From Octopus vulgaris (Eukaryota): 64,000 nucleotides of DNA. The DNA lies in contig OX597826.1 of the NCBI GenBank assembly GCA_951406725.2, forward strand, positions 50,406,001-50,470,000. Direction: 5' to 3'. Positions within the stretch are counted from its first letter, which is position 1; each line of letters opens with the position of its first letter. The position numbers and the translations under genes are program-made. This document shows, one piece after another, positions 26,501 through 40,577 of the stretch. The notes below the pieces were generated by a model, which saw only the letters and a program-made list of their open reading frames with translations, searched no databases and was not told where the DNA came from.

Positions 26501-27878
26501 GTGGTTGCCATTAGGAAGGGCATTCAGCCATGTAAACTGTGCCAAACAAACAGTTAGAGCCTGGACAACTCTCTGGTTGGCCAGTTCCTGTCAAACCGTC
26601 CAACCCATACCAGCATGGAAAATGGACATTAAACAATGATGATTGATATCCATATGAATTATTGTTCAAAAGTTATCCTTTAATTTAGCCTTTGTATTTG
26701 ATAGCAGCAGATATTTTAATTATTCTCTCATGTATGCTCTCTCTTTACTATTTTTGTTTTCCTTGATTCTGCAAGATTTATCTTTACTCTGGATAAAGTA
26801 CAAATAATTCTCTGACCCAGAGGATAAATTAATATCTTTTGTTTCATTGCCATCAATTTGACTTTTGCATTTTCTTGTTATCTCTCTTAAGTTATCACTT
26901 ATATTTCTTTTGTCTTTTGATTTTTATTTATTTTGAATTGTTACATCTTTCCCAAAATCATTTCCCATGTAAAATCTTTGAGCTACCTTAACCTGAAATT
27001 TAACTGTAATGAAGAAAAGAGAACACAATCAACATGAGATGTGTTTACTTTTGTTTTTAACAATCAAAAGGTGGTGATGATGATATTTAATTAGTGAACT
27101 AATTAAAAGGAAAATTTTAATTACTGTAATACAAAATATTACTGAAAGTAAAAACTGAATTTCAAATATTTGCTAGATTTGATATTTTACTATCTCATTT
27201 GTAGCGAGGGTCCGAGCAGCATAGCTTTTCTGATGTTGTATATCAGAAAGGAATCAGATATGCAATGATTGTGTTGAGATAATTAATGTATATTTGAGTA
27301 GGGCAACAACTTTATTCTTCTTGAGTATCTGACTGAAATTAATCATCATCTTCATTTAACATCCATGTTTATCTACTGCACTGAGTTGTCTGCTTTGGTG
27401 TGGTTGACATTGGAGCTCAATGCTGTAGATAAAAAACAAAACAGACTTGAAGGAGTTATTGAAGAATGATAGCAATACAAGAAGTTATATGTTGGTATTA
27501 TAAACTTCCCTATAAACTGTGGTTTAGTTTTTATATCAAGTGTAGATAAAATACGCCCTAACCTCAAGATCTGGAATTTTAATTAATCTAAAATTTGATA
27601 ATACGACAGTGTTACACCTTTTTTCAGAGCTCTCCTTCCTTCTCCTTAATACTTCTTGTTACAGGAATCTATTAATTAGGAGAGAAACATAACAGTTTGT
27701 ATGTATTTTGGGAAACTAGATGGAAACAGTTTGAATTTCCATTCCTTTCCAAATTTATAATTCTGATTGAGTGACCTGAAAATTTTAGGTTTAATAAGTC
27801 CTTATCACATGATTTAATTGCTCTATTCTCTGAGCAATCCTAATATTCTACACCACCAACTCTAAATTTTTCTACATT

Positions 27879-29032
27879 TACCGTAAAAACCCATGTAATT
27901 TATGCACTTGTTTTCACAAAAGCAAAAATTAATTTTAGGGGATACATAAATTACATGAGTAGATCGTTTCCAGAATTTTTTTAGAATTTTTTTTTTTTTT
28001 TTTGCTGAAAAATGACGTATGTGAAGTTAACTCATTTAATGTCATTTAATAGGTTTTTACAGAAAAAATATAATGAAGTTGACTTTTATTTATGCTGGAC
28101 AGTATAATGCTTACTTTTTCTGTATAAATTTACTAAAACCATTAAATCGTTAACTACTTTTTGAAGTTTGACATTCGTGCTGGTAATCACGGTCCTGGCC
28201 ATATTTTACATTGCTTGGAGTTTTTGCCTATCACAATGGAGCCCAGCAATTTCCTTAAATAGATCAGTTTTTCTCCAGAAAGCTATTTGGTTGCTTTCTC
28301 CACAATGACACAATGAAATTCCTCATCACTGATATCAGCTCTTGCTGCATCTAACATTGACAATGACATCATAATTCATCTTTGCGCATGAAGTTTGCTT
28401 GACATTTTATAAGAGTGAAAGGGATTAAAATTCCGATGTTCCATATAAAAGGCTCCGACAAGAATAGGCAGAAAATCAGAGCTTGGACAAGAAGAAACTT
28501 TTGACCAATCTGAATTCTGCTTACATAATCAGTCTGATCGGTCACCTTCCTCTGTCAGTTGAGTAAAGTGTCGTCCAAGCTGATGCTTATTGGTAATTAA
28601 ACTTATTTTGCAACACTTGTGCATATTTATCAGCTTTGTTTTTGTTGATAAGAATTATCAACAACTTTTTCTGTGATTGTGATTTGAGAAGACATACTAA
28701 AGATAGGACATAATCTCTTGTGGACATGAAACGTAAAATAAATTTATTATAAACAACACAAACATTTCGTAATTTAATAGCTTTCAGTGTGAAACCTGTT
28801 AAACAAATTATTTTTATTTAATGAAAATTTAATAAAATCTATTCATAAGTAAGCGAAATTATGCTAAATACAACTAAATTGAAAACCTTTTCCCCCTGGC
28901 CATATTGGCAATTCTGAAAACTTTTGCATGTGAATTTTAGACGAGTAGAAGTTTTTTTCTAACAAGTTTTATCCTGAAAATCACCTACATAAATTACACA
29001 GATGTGCAAATTTCATGAGTTTTTTTACCATA
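27879..29032. mobile_element. Tc2/pogo-like non-autonomous DNA transposon (~1.15 kb)
   Basis: Left end TACCGTAAAAACCCATGTAATTTATGCAC. Right end GTGCAAATTTCATGAGTTTTTTTACCATA is an imperfect inverted repeat. Subterminal 'tacataaattaca' motifs near both ends. Confidence 0.55.
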
Positions 29033-29443
29033 CTTCACTAACTTTGGTGTGTGTTACAAAATCTCTGCTTTACTGATGAGATAATAGTAACATTAATACA
29101 TGTTCAGAGTTGTCCCCCCGCCTTGGTAGATTGCATAATTTCTAGTTAGCTTTTTATTACAGCCTGCATCATGAAGTTAACACTAGCTGATATATTATTA
29201 TTTGAACCCCTACCTCTCCATATGTTTTTATCAATAAGATAGGAAGTCGTATTGCCAATTTTACTGCTAGTAATCACATACACTTTTTTACAAAGTTGAT
29301 ATCAGCACTGACTATTACTATATTTGCGTTAATATCCAGTTTACCTTGTTTAAAGTCTGCTATTAGCATGTACTTAGATGCTTTTGGCCTCTAGTTCGTG
29401 CCCTTAACTGTCCTGCTACAATCACTACTGGCTTCGAAAACAG

Positions 29444-29514
29444 ATGTTAAACCAGCAGAGTGCTGGAACAGAGATTTGCTGAGTATAAAGAGAAAGCCAA
29501 AACCAGAACTTTAA
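29444..29514 (+). CDS. Candidate terminal exon (phase 1: DVKPAECWNRDLLSIKRKPKPEL*)
   Basis: Branch-like CTTAAC at 29403 and CAG| at 29443, in a ~1-kb repeat-free island. Enclosed by a 14-bp stem. Confidence 0.3.
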
Positions 29515-31729
29515 GCTGGTAGTGATAGCTGAGGTACCCTCATAGTGGTAATATGAATGGTAAAACAAAAATCAAAGTAGATCATTATGTTATATAATAA
29601 AATACTTCTATAACTACTGATGTAATTATTATAAGTTGCTGTTTTTTTTTAGTACTTTTTAAATGGTGTTTTACCTTTTGATGGAATCAAAATGCCGATG
29701 ATGTTTTTTTTCTCTGTACAACTCTAAAATTAAAAGGTTGTGTGCTTATCTTTAACCTAAATAACAGTATAAAAGCCACTTTGACAAACTTCCCCTGCCA
29801 GCTATTTTCTGTTGCAAGTGGCTAGTCTCAGCCGTTTTTGACTTGACACAACAATAGTAGCATTCTGCTGGTACTGCTTGCCAGATTTCTGATCTTTCTT
29901 TGTAATTTTACATCTCCCTGGCGTAAAATATTGGCATGTGGTTCCTTCAGATTAAGGATGATGCAATACTTCTAGAGCTGGAATTGATAGCTACACTGTA
30001 TAGATCGTAATTTTAGAAGTATATCTGGGCAGGTCAATAAACTCAGACATTTTTTTATGATCGTCATTTAATGCCTGCATGGGTATTTGAGGTAGATTTG
30101 CTGTGGCCAGGTGCCTTTTTTGTTACTAACCTTCACCTGTTTCCCAGCTAGGTAATATTTCCCTGGAGCCAGACGTTTTCACAGAATTGGAAATGAATGG
30201 CATTGTTTTTATGGCAGTAACACTCATTTATGACTATCATGCAAAATCAAAACAAAGAGACAGAAACACACACACACACTCTCTCTCTCTCTCTCTCTTT
30301 CAGTTTCTGTCAACCAAATCCACACAAAAGTCTTTGCTCGGCTTGGGGCTGTTGTAGAAAACCCTTACCCAAGGTGCCTCTAAATGGGACTCAACTCAGA
30401 ACTACATGGTTGGGAAGCAAACTTTTCACCACACAGCCACATCCAAAAGCAATTTATAGGATATAACAATGATAATTTTTAGGAGAAAAGGAAAGACATC
30501 CTTCCTTAGCCTGGTAAACTGGATCTCTATACAATTGTGCATACATGCACATTACTGTTTTATTCTCGTTTCCTTTTCTTCATATCAACATCATGGGGTG
30601 GTAGAATTTGAGTATTTTTTGTTGTAGATACTCTTCTACCACTTACCAGTTGTAAACTGGGTGGAACCAGGTGTTCTACAGACAAATTGGTTTCAGAGTT
30701 GTGTTCCTTGCTCAGGTGTGGCATTGCTCAATTGCTGTAGTAGCAGGTATTGGACCAGAAGATCGGCAGTTTAGCCATTTACTTCAATCTGTTTCTGTCA
30801 TATGAGTTTAAATTAAAATTGTTTACTCTCTTTAGAATGAAAACTTGGACAGGGGTGGGTATATAAAACCTACTTTAACCCTTTTGTTAATGTATTTCTG
30901 TTGAAATACATTGCTTTTGTGTCATTTAATTTTGAAAATAATAAAGAATGTAGTAAAATAACTATCATTATTACATTGGTGTTTGATGCATAAATTAACT
31001 TGGAATTTCGATATAAGGTCTTGTTTGATTTAGATCACCTTGAACAGGATGTTTGTAATATAAAATCAGGAGTGGCCTTGGCTGAATTGGTTACAAAAGT
31101 GTTAATGACCATCCTCTGGTGGGTCAAATTTCTGTTGGAATTTATTTGGGTTCTTTCCTAGCAATAAAAATAGTTGTTAACAGAAACTGGTCAACATTTG
31201 GTTCAATATTATCAGTTATATCAATATATATATATTTTTTTTTCTACTCATTTTCGCATAAAAAGTCTGTACTGTTAAAGATAGTTCTTCACACCTATAC
31301 CAGATATACACACTGAGATAACAAACTAACTTTAATTGGTGTTTGTTTCAAATACTAAATCACTGACATCATTATATCAATTCTAGATTTGATCCCTTTG
31401 TATTTCTGGATAATTACTGATTGTGAGGGGAACCATTTGTTACTTGATTTTTTTGTTTGTTTTTGGTCTGAACCTTGATTCCTAGTTTATTGGTTTATTG
31501 ATCTCAGTGAGTGCCTGATGGGAGTTATCAATTCATAAAACTTCAAAGTTGACTAACTATTTAGCACTGAGTTTAATAATCTCTGGTTCTGTTTCTGTAA
31601 ATATGCAAAGGTAAATCATTTCACAGATCATCCAGAGATGATCATGGGAAAACAGATCCAAAATATTTTGATAACTGAATCAGTCTAATCAAGGCCAGCA
31701 CAAAAACCATTATCACCGCCACTACCACT

Positions 31730-32532
31730 ATTTTTATTTTCTTTTACTACTTGCTGAGGCACACCCAGCATCTTAGCGTGAGGTGTTACAGTATGGCTGA
31801 AAGCTTGGGGAGGGGAAGTGGCAGGAGCAATAGCAAAATATCTTCATGTAATACAACACAGGAATTTAAATAGATAGGATTTTTCTAAGGATGTGAGCAG
31901 TACTTGTCAGCACAATCTTTTGGATTTCTCTGAGACATGGTTCTCCTAGTATATCATCTAGATGTTTCTGACGTCCCTTTCTTGTACCTAGGGCACCCAC
32001 AATAACAGGAACAGTCCTCATTTTAAGATGCCACATCTTTTGTATTTCAATTTTCAGGTCCTTATATTAACTTAATTTGTCAAATTCCTGTACAGATATA
32101 TTTTTATCAGTAGGAACACTTACATCTGTTAGTCTACAAGTATTTTCTTCCCTGTCTTTAATGACTATGTCTGATCAATTGTTCTGGATCATTCTGTTGG
32201 TAGTGAGAGGAAAATCCCAGAGGATAGTAACATTTTTACCTTCAGCGACTGGTTCAGGACGATGTTCATACCAGTAAGCAGGAATGCTGATTTTGTAGTG
32301 TTTACAAATTTTCCAATGTAAATACTGTCATACTCTATTGTAGCAATTTTTGTATTCATTTGGTGTCAGCGAAGACCATCCCGAGGCTAGATGGTCTATT
32401 GTTTCATCACTGCACCTTGGGTCAGAACCCATTTTGAAGAACATTAGCCTGGTAGTTTTTGGTAAACAAGCTTTGATCTTGTGTCGCCAGTATGAAACCT
32501 TTAGTCTATGCTTTCACGGGGCGCTCGATCTT
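31730..32532 (-). mobile_element. R4/Dong-like RLE retrotransposon, 5'-truncated, decayed (copy 1)
   Basis: Translates as GFILATQDQSL...DETIDHLASG...YLHWKICKHY...WYEHRPEPV...ILWDF...DIVIKD...DVSVP...MWHLK..VPVIVGALG, with stops. Confidence 0.9.
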
Positions 32533-33078
32533 ATTTGCTCTGGTAGATTCTGTGAGAGCAGACAGCAGCCTGCTGTCAGAGGTCTCACAGGGTCTCTTTT
32601 TGCATATTATATGCTTTGGTACTTGGTGGTTAATTATTGTGGGAGACATTCAACATCCAAGTACCAATCTCACAATTGTAGCTGTCTCCAGCAGCGCAAT
32701 TTTGGAGGCTTTCTCTGCTCTCATGTCAATTTCTCTGACATATTTCTCGAAATTGGTTGTTAGTGCTCCAAGTGCCCCTACAACTACTAGAATGACAGAC
32801 ACTCTCCTCATAGTCCACATTCTTGTAATTTCGTTTTTTAGGAGTCTGTATTTTTCGATCTTTTCTAGTTCTTTGTCATTTATGCATGCATCTCCAGGTA
32901 TTGCAATATCTATAATCTTGGTTTCTTTTTTCCCTTTATCTATCACAATGATATCTGGTCTCCAAGCCTCGATTAGGGAGTCACATTGGATTGTAAAATT
33001 CCACAGCATCTTATATTCCTTGTTCTCAGTGACTCCTTCTGGTTTGTGTTCATACCATTTCTGCGCTCTGTTAAGGCC
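32533..33078 (-). mobile_element. R4/Dong-like RLE retrotransposon 3' end (copy 2, different subfamily)
   Basis: ORF 32650-33009 reads WNFTIQCDSLIEAWRPDIIVIDK...IIDIAIPGD...KELEKIEKY...VVVGALG (PD-D-K endonuclease). The 3' UTR has a hairpin. Confidence 0.9.
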
Positions 33079-33088
33079 TATTATTATT

Positions 33089-33633
33089 TAAGGTGGTGAG
33101 CTGACAGAATTGTTAGCATGCCTGGCCAAATGCTTTAAAGTATTTCATCTATCTTCCCGTTCTGAGTTCAAATTCCACCAAGGTATACTTCGCCTTTCAT
33201 CCTTTCAGGGTCAATAAGTACCAGTTGAGCACTGGGGTCGACTAGCCCCCTTCCCCAAAATTCCAGGCCTTGTGCCTATAGTTGGAAGTATTACTATTAT
33301 TATTAATGCTTAGTATTTTTTGCAGTTCTTTATGTTCTGATTTCAAATTTTTCTGAGGTCAACTTTGCTTTTCATTTTCTTAGAGGCAGTGTAATTGATT
33401 GTCCACTAATTATTGCTGGGGTGGATTGGCAAACTTGTTTGGGTATCAGAAAAATTGCTTTGCAATATTTTTTCTGTCTCCTTGCATTCCAAGTTCAAAT
33501 TCTGCTATGTTCAGCTTTGACTTTCACCTTTACGGGGTTGATAAAATATGTACCAATTGATGTAATAAACTTACCCCCTTCCCCGAAATAGCTGACCTTG
33601 TACCAAAATTTGAAAACATTATTATTATTATTA
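33089..33633 (+). mobile_element. Tandem SINE B array (3 copies/fragments)
   Basis: Units separated by (ATT)n. Confidence 0.85.
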
Positions 33634-34359
33634 ACATAGGATATGAAGGAAACATGGAAGATGACAACACCAACCGACCAAAATCAATAGTGTTCAATAT
33701 ATTTTACTGCATTAAAGTATTTATTTTCTTGTACTTGAACAACATAGCATCTATTGAAATACTATATACTATCTGCAAACATCTGCATTGATTTTATATT
33801 GCCATCTCAAAACTAAAATTGTGCCTATCTTCTTTTCTTCTTGAACTCATCAGTTAATTGTTCTTAACTGTATAATGTTATTGGCAGTCATCATATGGCA
33901 CCTTTCAGTTTTCACACCATAATAATTTGTTAGTCTTTCATATTTAGCGTGAGACAATGCTTGTAAAGAGAACTTGAAAGATATAATAAATACATGTTAC
34001 ATTATACATCAGTATATATAAGGTGGTGGTTCAAGGACCCTGGGCATTCTTGGACATGAGGAGTCTTCAGTTGTCCAGGCTGAAATGATGGATCTCCGCT
34101 GAAGTTCTTCATTTTCAAAATTAGTTAAAGCAAAAGCAGCACATCCCAATAGAAATATGGTAACAAAAGAGTAGAAGTCAGAACAAACATTATCAGAAAC
34201 AGCCTGCCAGGAAATTCTATTTTAGACAAACATTTCTTACTGCTGAGTATGAACTCTGTTCCTTTCATAACTGATCTACGTATCCTTTCCAAATTCTTTT
34301 ATATTTTTTTTTTAACTTATATCATTAAAAATTTGTTTTGGGATTATAAAACTCCATCT

Positions 34360-34573
34360 AAGGCAGCAAGCTGGCAGAAACATTAGCACGCCAGGCGAAA
34401 TACTTAACGGTATTTCGTCTGTCTTTACATTCTGAGTTCAAATTCTGCCGAGGTCGACTTTTCCTTTCATCCTTTTGGGGTCAATAAATTAAGTATTAGT
34501 TGCATACTGGGGTTGATCTAATCGACTGGCCCCCATCCCCAAAAATTTTGGGCCTTGTGCCTAGAGTAGAAAA
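34360..34573 (+). mobile_element. Full-length solitary SINE B with 18-bp TSD
   Basis: GATTATAAAACTCCATCT at 34342-34359 and 34574-34591. Confidence 0.92.
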
Positions 34574-35239
34574 GATTATAAAACTCCATCTGAATAGCCT
34601 CAGTATTAATGATACTGGATTTCTTAGTGATCTCATGGATAGATAAGTTGAATATGACCTTTCCATTGATAATGAAATAAAAAGCTATCATCACACTGAG
34701 AAATACTGCAAACAAAAATCTGCATTTGCTGAAAATCATTTGTTTAACAATGATGTATGGTCTCAGGCATTTCTTACTGGAACCACTACTCTTGTAAGTT
34801 GGTACTCATACTTGTCATTTTGGATTGGTTTTTATGGTTGGACACCCTTGCTAACACCAATCACTTTACCGAATGCTCTGGTGTATTTTTGCAAGGCACA
34901 AACATTAAAGAGGTTGGCGAGTCCTCAGTGAGACTGAAATATAGACACCTCACAACCTTACAATATTTGTGGTGGGTGAATGGAGCAAGAGTATTATTGG
35001 ATAGACAATGTTATTTGGATGGAGGGTGGGGAATCAGTGGGTAAGAACAACATTCTTATAGTTTGTTACTATTCTACAGAGGATACTGACGAAATTCAGA
35101 ATTCAGCTACTTAATATCTTGAAGTCAAGTATGTCATTAAATTTCTTTCAGTAATCAAGTATAAGATTAATTATAGTGAGCGAAGAAAAAAAAAAGGCTT
35201 AATGAAATCTCTCCATCATCAAATTCCTTATATTTTTAG

Positions 35240-35273
<34 letters not shown>

Positions 35274-35736
35274 TACATGGGTGAGGGTAGTGCTGATGAT
35301 ATATTCAAAGTTGCTGAGACTGATAGGAGAAAAGTAGAAAGTTTACCAGAGATGTGACCTGAATGTAACAGTGTGTGTTCACTAAAGGCACCTATGGGCT
35401 AGGTCACCTGTCCTCAACCTTTTTTTTCTTATAAAATCTCAGATAGATTTGATTTCTTGCCATTATCAACTGTTATTTTTGTCTCTGGGTATCAAAGAAA
35501 TGTTTACACTGCATTAGAAAGTTTTTGTAAACAAAAAAAAAAAAAAGTAATAATAATGAAAGGATTCATAAAATTCTTAATGGATAAAGAGAATAAGATG
35601 TGTGTGTGTGTGTAGGTAGATATATGCTAATTAGTTCTGTTGTGTATGTGTGTAAGTTTTTTTGCTATTTGTGCCATTGCTTTATGTACTAAAACAGAAA
35701 TGAGAAGATCCTCTTGATATTTGTATATCCTTACAG

Positions 35737-35783
35737 AATGGGCTGAGTGTGGTTATGCCATCGCAGCTAATGCAGGCCACTAG
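35737..35783 (+). CDS. Candidate terminal exon (phase 1: EWAECGYAIAANAGH*; phase 0: NGLSVVMPSQLMQATRYGNN*)
   Basis: CCTTACAG| acceptor followed by an abrupt GC-richer island. Confidence 0.3.
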
Positions 35784-36744
35784 ATATGGCAACAACTAAA
35801 GCTTCTGTTTTGCATTTAAATTAACTTTCAGTCTTCAATCATGTGGTTGGTTATTAAATTGCTACCAAACCAAGTGTACCCTTCTATTTGGTATAGTGTG
35901 TGTCTCTTGGTCATACAGCTAAGCTGTTGGACTACTGACTATAGAACAGTTTACTATAGCCACTCTATTATGTTCTTAAGCAAAGAACATCATTCTGTTT
36001 GTTTCAGTTTGCCTGGCCTATAATAGGTTCCACTCTTAAACTTAAAAGCTAAGTGGTTAGACATGAGAAAAGGATTATGAGTTACGGAAACAATTTCTTA
36101 CAAGTGTCATGAACGTGAATAAATATAAACATAAGGAGAGAAAAAACTTATTGAATACTGGATAATATTTCCCGTTCGTCATAAATATCATTCTCATTTC
36201 ATCCTCTATTCTATGTTGGTCTCAGTTTGGACAGGTCTACAATAGAACATATCACAGCTCATCTCAGTCGAGCTCTTGTTATTTCCTCATCATCCCATGG
36301 CACCAAGTACCACATCATCCTCTTTCCCACCAGTTAAGTGTTTAGAACATAATCTATTCCTCGCCCATGTTTTCCTTGTTCATTCCGCTGCTTTCAGTTG
36401 ATCACATTTTCCCTATCATCTTAAGGCTGACATATTCAGTATTTCTTGTTGTCTTGATTATATTCTATGATCTTTCATACTTTCTTTTTTAAATCTTTTT
36501 CTTTCTCTTTCTATATTTGATGGAATCATCTATCCATCCACTTCTCTCTGTTTTTAATCCTTATCTCCAACTTCTTAAACACCAGATCGTAATAGACATG
36601 ACTTACTGTCGTGTACTTATAATAAGCCTTTTGTAATTTTAGACTTAATATCTCTGTTATGTTGTTGTCCTTAGCTTTATCACTTAAATTATTGTCACGT
36701 CTTTTAAAGTACATATCAATTTAGAAATTTAAAAAAATAAATAT

Positions 36745-37860
36745 TGGTTTCAAATTTTGACACAAGGCCAGAAATTTTGAGGGATGGGGGCAAGTCAATT
36801 ACATCAAACCCCAGCACTTAACAGGCACTTTATTTCATCAACCCTGAAATTATGAAAGGTAAGAGCCAGCCAGAAGAAATGCCACTAAACAATTTGTCAG
36901 ACATGCTAAGCATTCTGCCAGTTTGCCACCTTACTTAAAAATAATAATAAATCTTTCTACTATAGGCACAAGGCCTGAAATTTTGAGGGAGGTGGCTAGT
37001 CAATTACTTTGAACCCCGTACTTGACTGGTACTTTATTTCATTAATCCTGAAAAGACGAAAGGCAGAGTCGATGTCGGAGGAGTTTGAATTCAGAATGTC
37101 ATGGGCTGAAAGAAACATTGCTAGGCATTTTGTCTGATGTAGTAACAGTGTTCTGCCAGCTTGCCACCCTATTTAATAATAATAATAATAATAATCATCG
37201 TTTAGCGTCCGCTTTCCATGCTAGCATGGGTTGGACAGTTCAACTGGGGTCTGGGAAGCCAGAAGGCTGCACCAGGCCCAGTCTGATCTGGCAATGTTTC
37301 TACGGCTGGATGCCCTTCCCAATGCCAATAATAATAACAATCCTTTCTACTAAAGGCACAGGGCCTGAAATTCTAGCGGAGAGGACTAGTCGATTACATC
37401 GACTCCAGTGCTTCACTGGTACCCTGAAAGGATGAAAGGTAATAACAATAGTAACCATAAGAGGCTACTAATTCTAGTAATGGTTAAAACTACTTAGTTA
37501 TGGTATAATAATGTATCTTTTATCTTTTACTTGCTTCAGTCATTAGACTGTGGCTATGCTGGGGCACTGCCTTGAAAAACTTTTAGTTAAATGAATCAAG
37601 CCTAGTACTTATTCTATCAGTTTCTTTTGCTGAACCGCTAAGCTACAGTGATTTTAAACATACCAACACCAGTTGTTGAGCAATGGCAGGGAACACACAC
37701 AAAGATATATATGTATATACAACAGACCTCTTTCAGTTTCTGCCTACCAAATCCACTCACAAGGTTTTGGCTGGCCTGAGGTTATAGTAAAAGATACTTG
37801 TCCAAGGTGCCACACTGTGGGACTGAACCTAGAACCATGTGATTGGGAAGCACGCTTCTG
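36745..37860 (-). mobile_element. SINE cluster (B, B, C in an AAT tract, B fragment, A)
   Basis: Family motifs as above. Confidence 0.85.
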
Positions 37861-38955
37861 AAATCTTAGATCAACCTTGATCCAAGAAACGTTATGATCA
37901 AAGGCATTCTAACCATGACCATCTCATATTTTTAAAGTATCTCCAAGACTACGTTATCCAATGCATCCTTCCTTTTTTAATATAGTAGGGTATGGTTTGA
38001 GGAAGATTTGGCTGCTGTTTCTAACTAGTCTGGCAATCCTGTAGAAACTAACTTAACATAAACTTGTTTATGTTGTATATTGAAGAATTTCTTTACTGCT
38101 GCCAACTATACAAAAGGAACTGTTGATGATATTTAGAACAGACTGGCAGTAGGATTGCCAAGTGGTTCTGCTACTTGAATTTTGATCTTTGCAATATTAT
38201 CTGACAGTGACAATCTTCAATATTGTCTTTGAATCCAACATAGTCAACTTGCTTCAAAAAGCTTTACACACCCTGACTTAAAGTATTTTTGTCTTGAATT
38301 ACACATTGTCAATAATTCTATGTAAGAGCCAAAAATCTACCTTCTGTAAACACTCTGAAAGAATGGAGTACCTTATCCAAACAGAACACTGGCTTCTTGT
38401 TGCCTCTTCTAACATCACTTCCACTTGTTACTTTGAATCCTAACTTGAAATTATTTTTGTTGTTGTTGTTAAAGTGGTGGTGGTGGTGGTATGGGTGGTT
38501 ATAGTGAATTTTGAAGTTACAGGACTCAAACCTGCAAGCTTCTGATCTGGAGTCAGAAAACTTCTTGTTTGAACTATGTAACAAGAATCTACTGCAACAA
38601 CCCAGTTATGTTCTGATTTTATCTACCCTAGCACCCTTTCTTGACTTTGTAAGCTTTAGGATAGGATCAATGGCCCTTCTCCATGCTCATATGATTGAGA
38701 AGTTTACTTCACAACCACATGGTTCCATGTTCAATACCACTGGACAGCATCTGAGGCAAGTGTCTTCTGTGTTGATCTCAAGTTAACTTAAGCTTTCTAA
38801 GTGAAACTGGATAGATGGAAATTGTGCAGAAACTTGTTGGACAAACTGCACATGGGTGGGTAGACTTAATCTATCACCAGTTCTCTAGACTGAAAAATAG
38901 CCTGTGTGTCATACTTTTATTGTCTTTTTCTCTACTAATCTTGGAATTCCTGCAG

Positions 38956-38990
38956 ATGTCATTGACACTGTCTTGCTAAAGAAGCCATAA
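38956..38990 (+). CDS. Candidate terminal exon (phase 1: DVIDTVLLKKP*)
   Basis: Pyrimidine tract, TACTAAT branch-like motif and CTGCAG|. AATAAA downstream at ~39086 and 39181. Confidence 0.3.
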
Positions 38991-39663
38991 AAGAAAAGAA
39001 AACCCTGCATAACTCTTGACTGTTTTTTTTTTTTTCACTGACCAATCCAAACCTCTTAGAATTCCAGAAATGTTTCCATTAGGCAATAAATTTTTTGTTC
39101 TCCTTCTTGAGAAACCACATTAAAAAGTAATTATTATTTTTTTTATCATCCAGTGTTTTGACTTAGTGCAGCAATTTTCCAATAAATTAAATGAAACCTG
39201 TGACTTACATTGTCCTGCTATTGTAATGTGGCCTGGTTTTATTTTCCATAATGCAAAGATTGTATTAGACACCATGGACAGCATAATTATAGTTGGCGTA
39301 TGAAGCCAGATGTATTGAATGCATGTATATAATATTGTATTAGATGTCATTTTACTTCAAGCTAAGATTGTCTCACAAATTGTTGTCATTCTCTGAATAG
39401 TCAGTCAATTAAAGATAAGAATTAATAATACCTCTCTAGTTAGAGCGTTTTTTTTTTCTTTTTTGTTTTGCTGGAAAATAATGCAGAAATAATAATAACA
39501 ACAAAATCTGTTTATTTCTTAGTATATATAATTAGCAATATATGGTAAATAAATTAAACTTCACTTCAGTAGATTAACTTGGATGAACAATGTGCGTGTA
39601 TATAGATGTATGTATATATGTGTGTATATATATAAATATATATGTGTGTGTAATATGTATGTA

Positions 39664-39699
<36 letters not shown>

Positions 39700-39707
39700 A
39701 ATAAAGA

Positions 39708-40577
39708 TAGGGTGCAGTGAATAAGCTGTTGTCTAAATTACACAATGAAAATAACACTGACATCTCATTTTAAGATATATTTACCAAATTTACATTAAAA
39801 TATCTTGAAATACTAAAGAGTAAATTTATTCCAATAAAATTGCCATTCGCTTCAACCATGGCCTTCAAGACGACTTCAAAATCTCCTGCAGCTCTTCTGG
39901 ATAGTCTCCTTGTTTAAGTTGGTAAAGGCTGACATAATCCTTGCCTTCAGTTCATCCTTGATGTTACAAGGAGTTTTGTTGGTCTCTCACTCAACTGTGC
40001 CCCACGCATAATAATCAAGGGGGTTGCAGCTTGGAGAGTTAGGTAACCAGATGTTAGGGGTGATGTGGTTGCAGAAATTGTCTGACAGCCATGACTGGGT
40101 TCTCTTGCTTGTGTGGCCTGGTGCAGAGTCATGTTGCCAGACCCACAGTCTTCCAGCAGCTACCCTCCTGACACAGGGTGGCACTACCTCCTACAAGCAC
40201 TTGATGTATACCTCCATGTTGATTCTGAGGTTGCGTAGGAAGATGAATGGAGGCATAGTGTCATCATCACTAGTGATCATTCCAAACACTATGATGTTGA
40301 CTGGATGTTGGATTTTTACCACTCTCAGTACATTTTCTCAGATTGACTCCCAAACAATCTGAAATGTTAATATTGGAGCTTTTGGCCTGAATGCCAAGCA
40401 GCGCAGCATGCCATTTCCAAATTTCTAGCAGAGTGATTTGTGTCATGGTGCTGTTTTTCTTACAGACGGTGCCAAACTGACCCTACTATACTGTGTAGTC
40501 GACAAAATCAAAAACAAACAATGTGCATGCACAAAATTAAAGATATAAAACAGCAACAATTTACCCATCACACCCTG
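39708..40577 (-). mobile_element. Tc1/mariner DD37D (maT)-like transposon, internally deleted
   Basis: WVWQHDSAPGHTSKRTQSWL...IWLPNSPSCNPLDYYAWG motif. Imperfect TIRs (c)AGGGTG.../...CACCCTG in TA context. Confidence 0.85.

Noticed and set aside
32492-33091. 199-aa plus-strand ORF
   Set aside because: It is the antisense shadow of the R4/Dong RLE frame.
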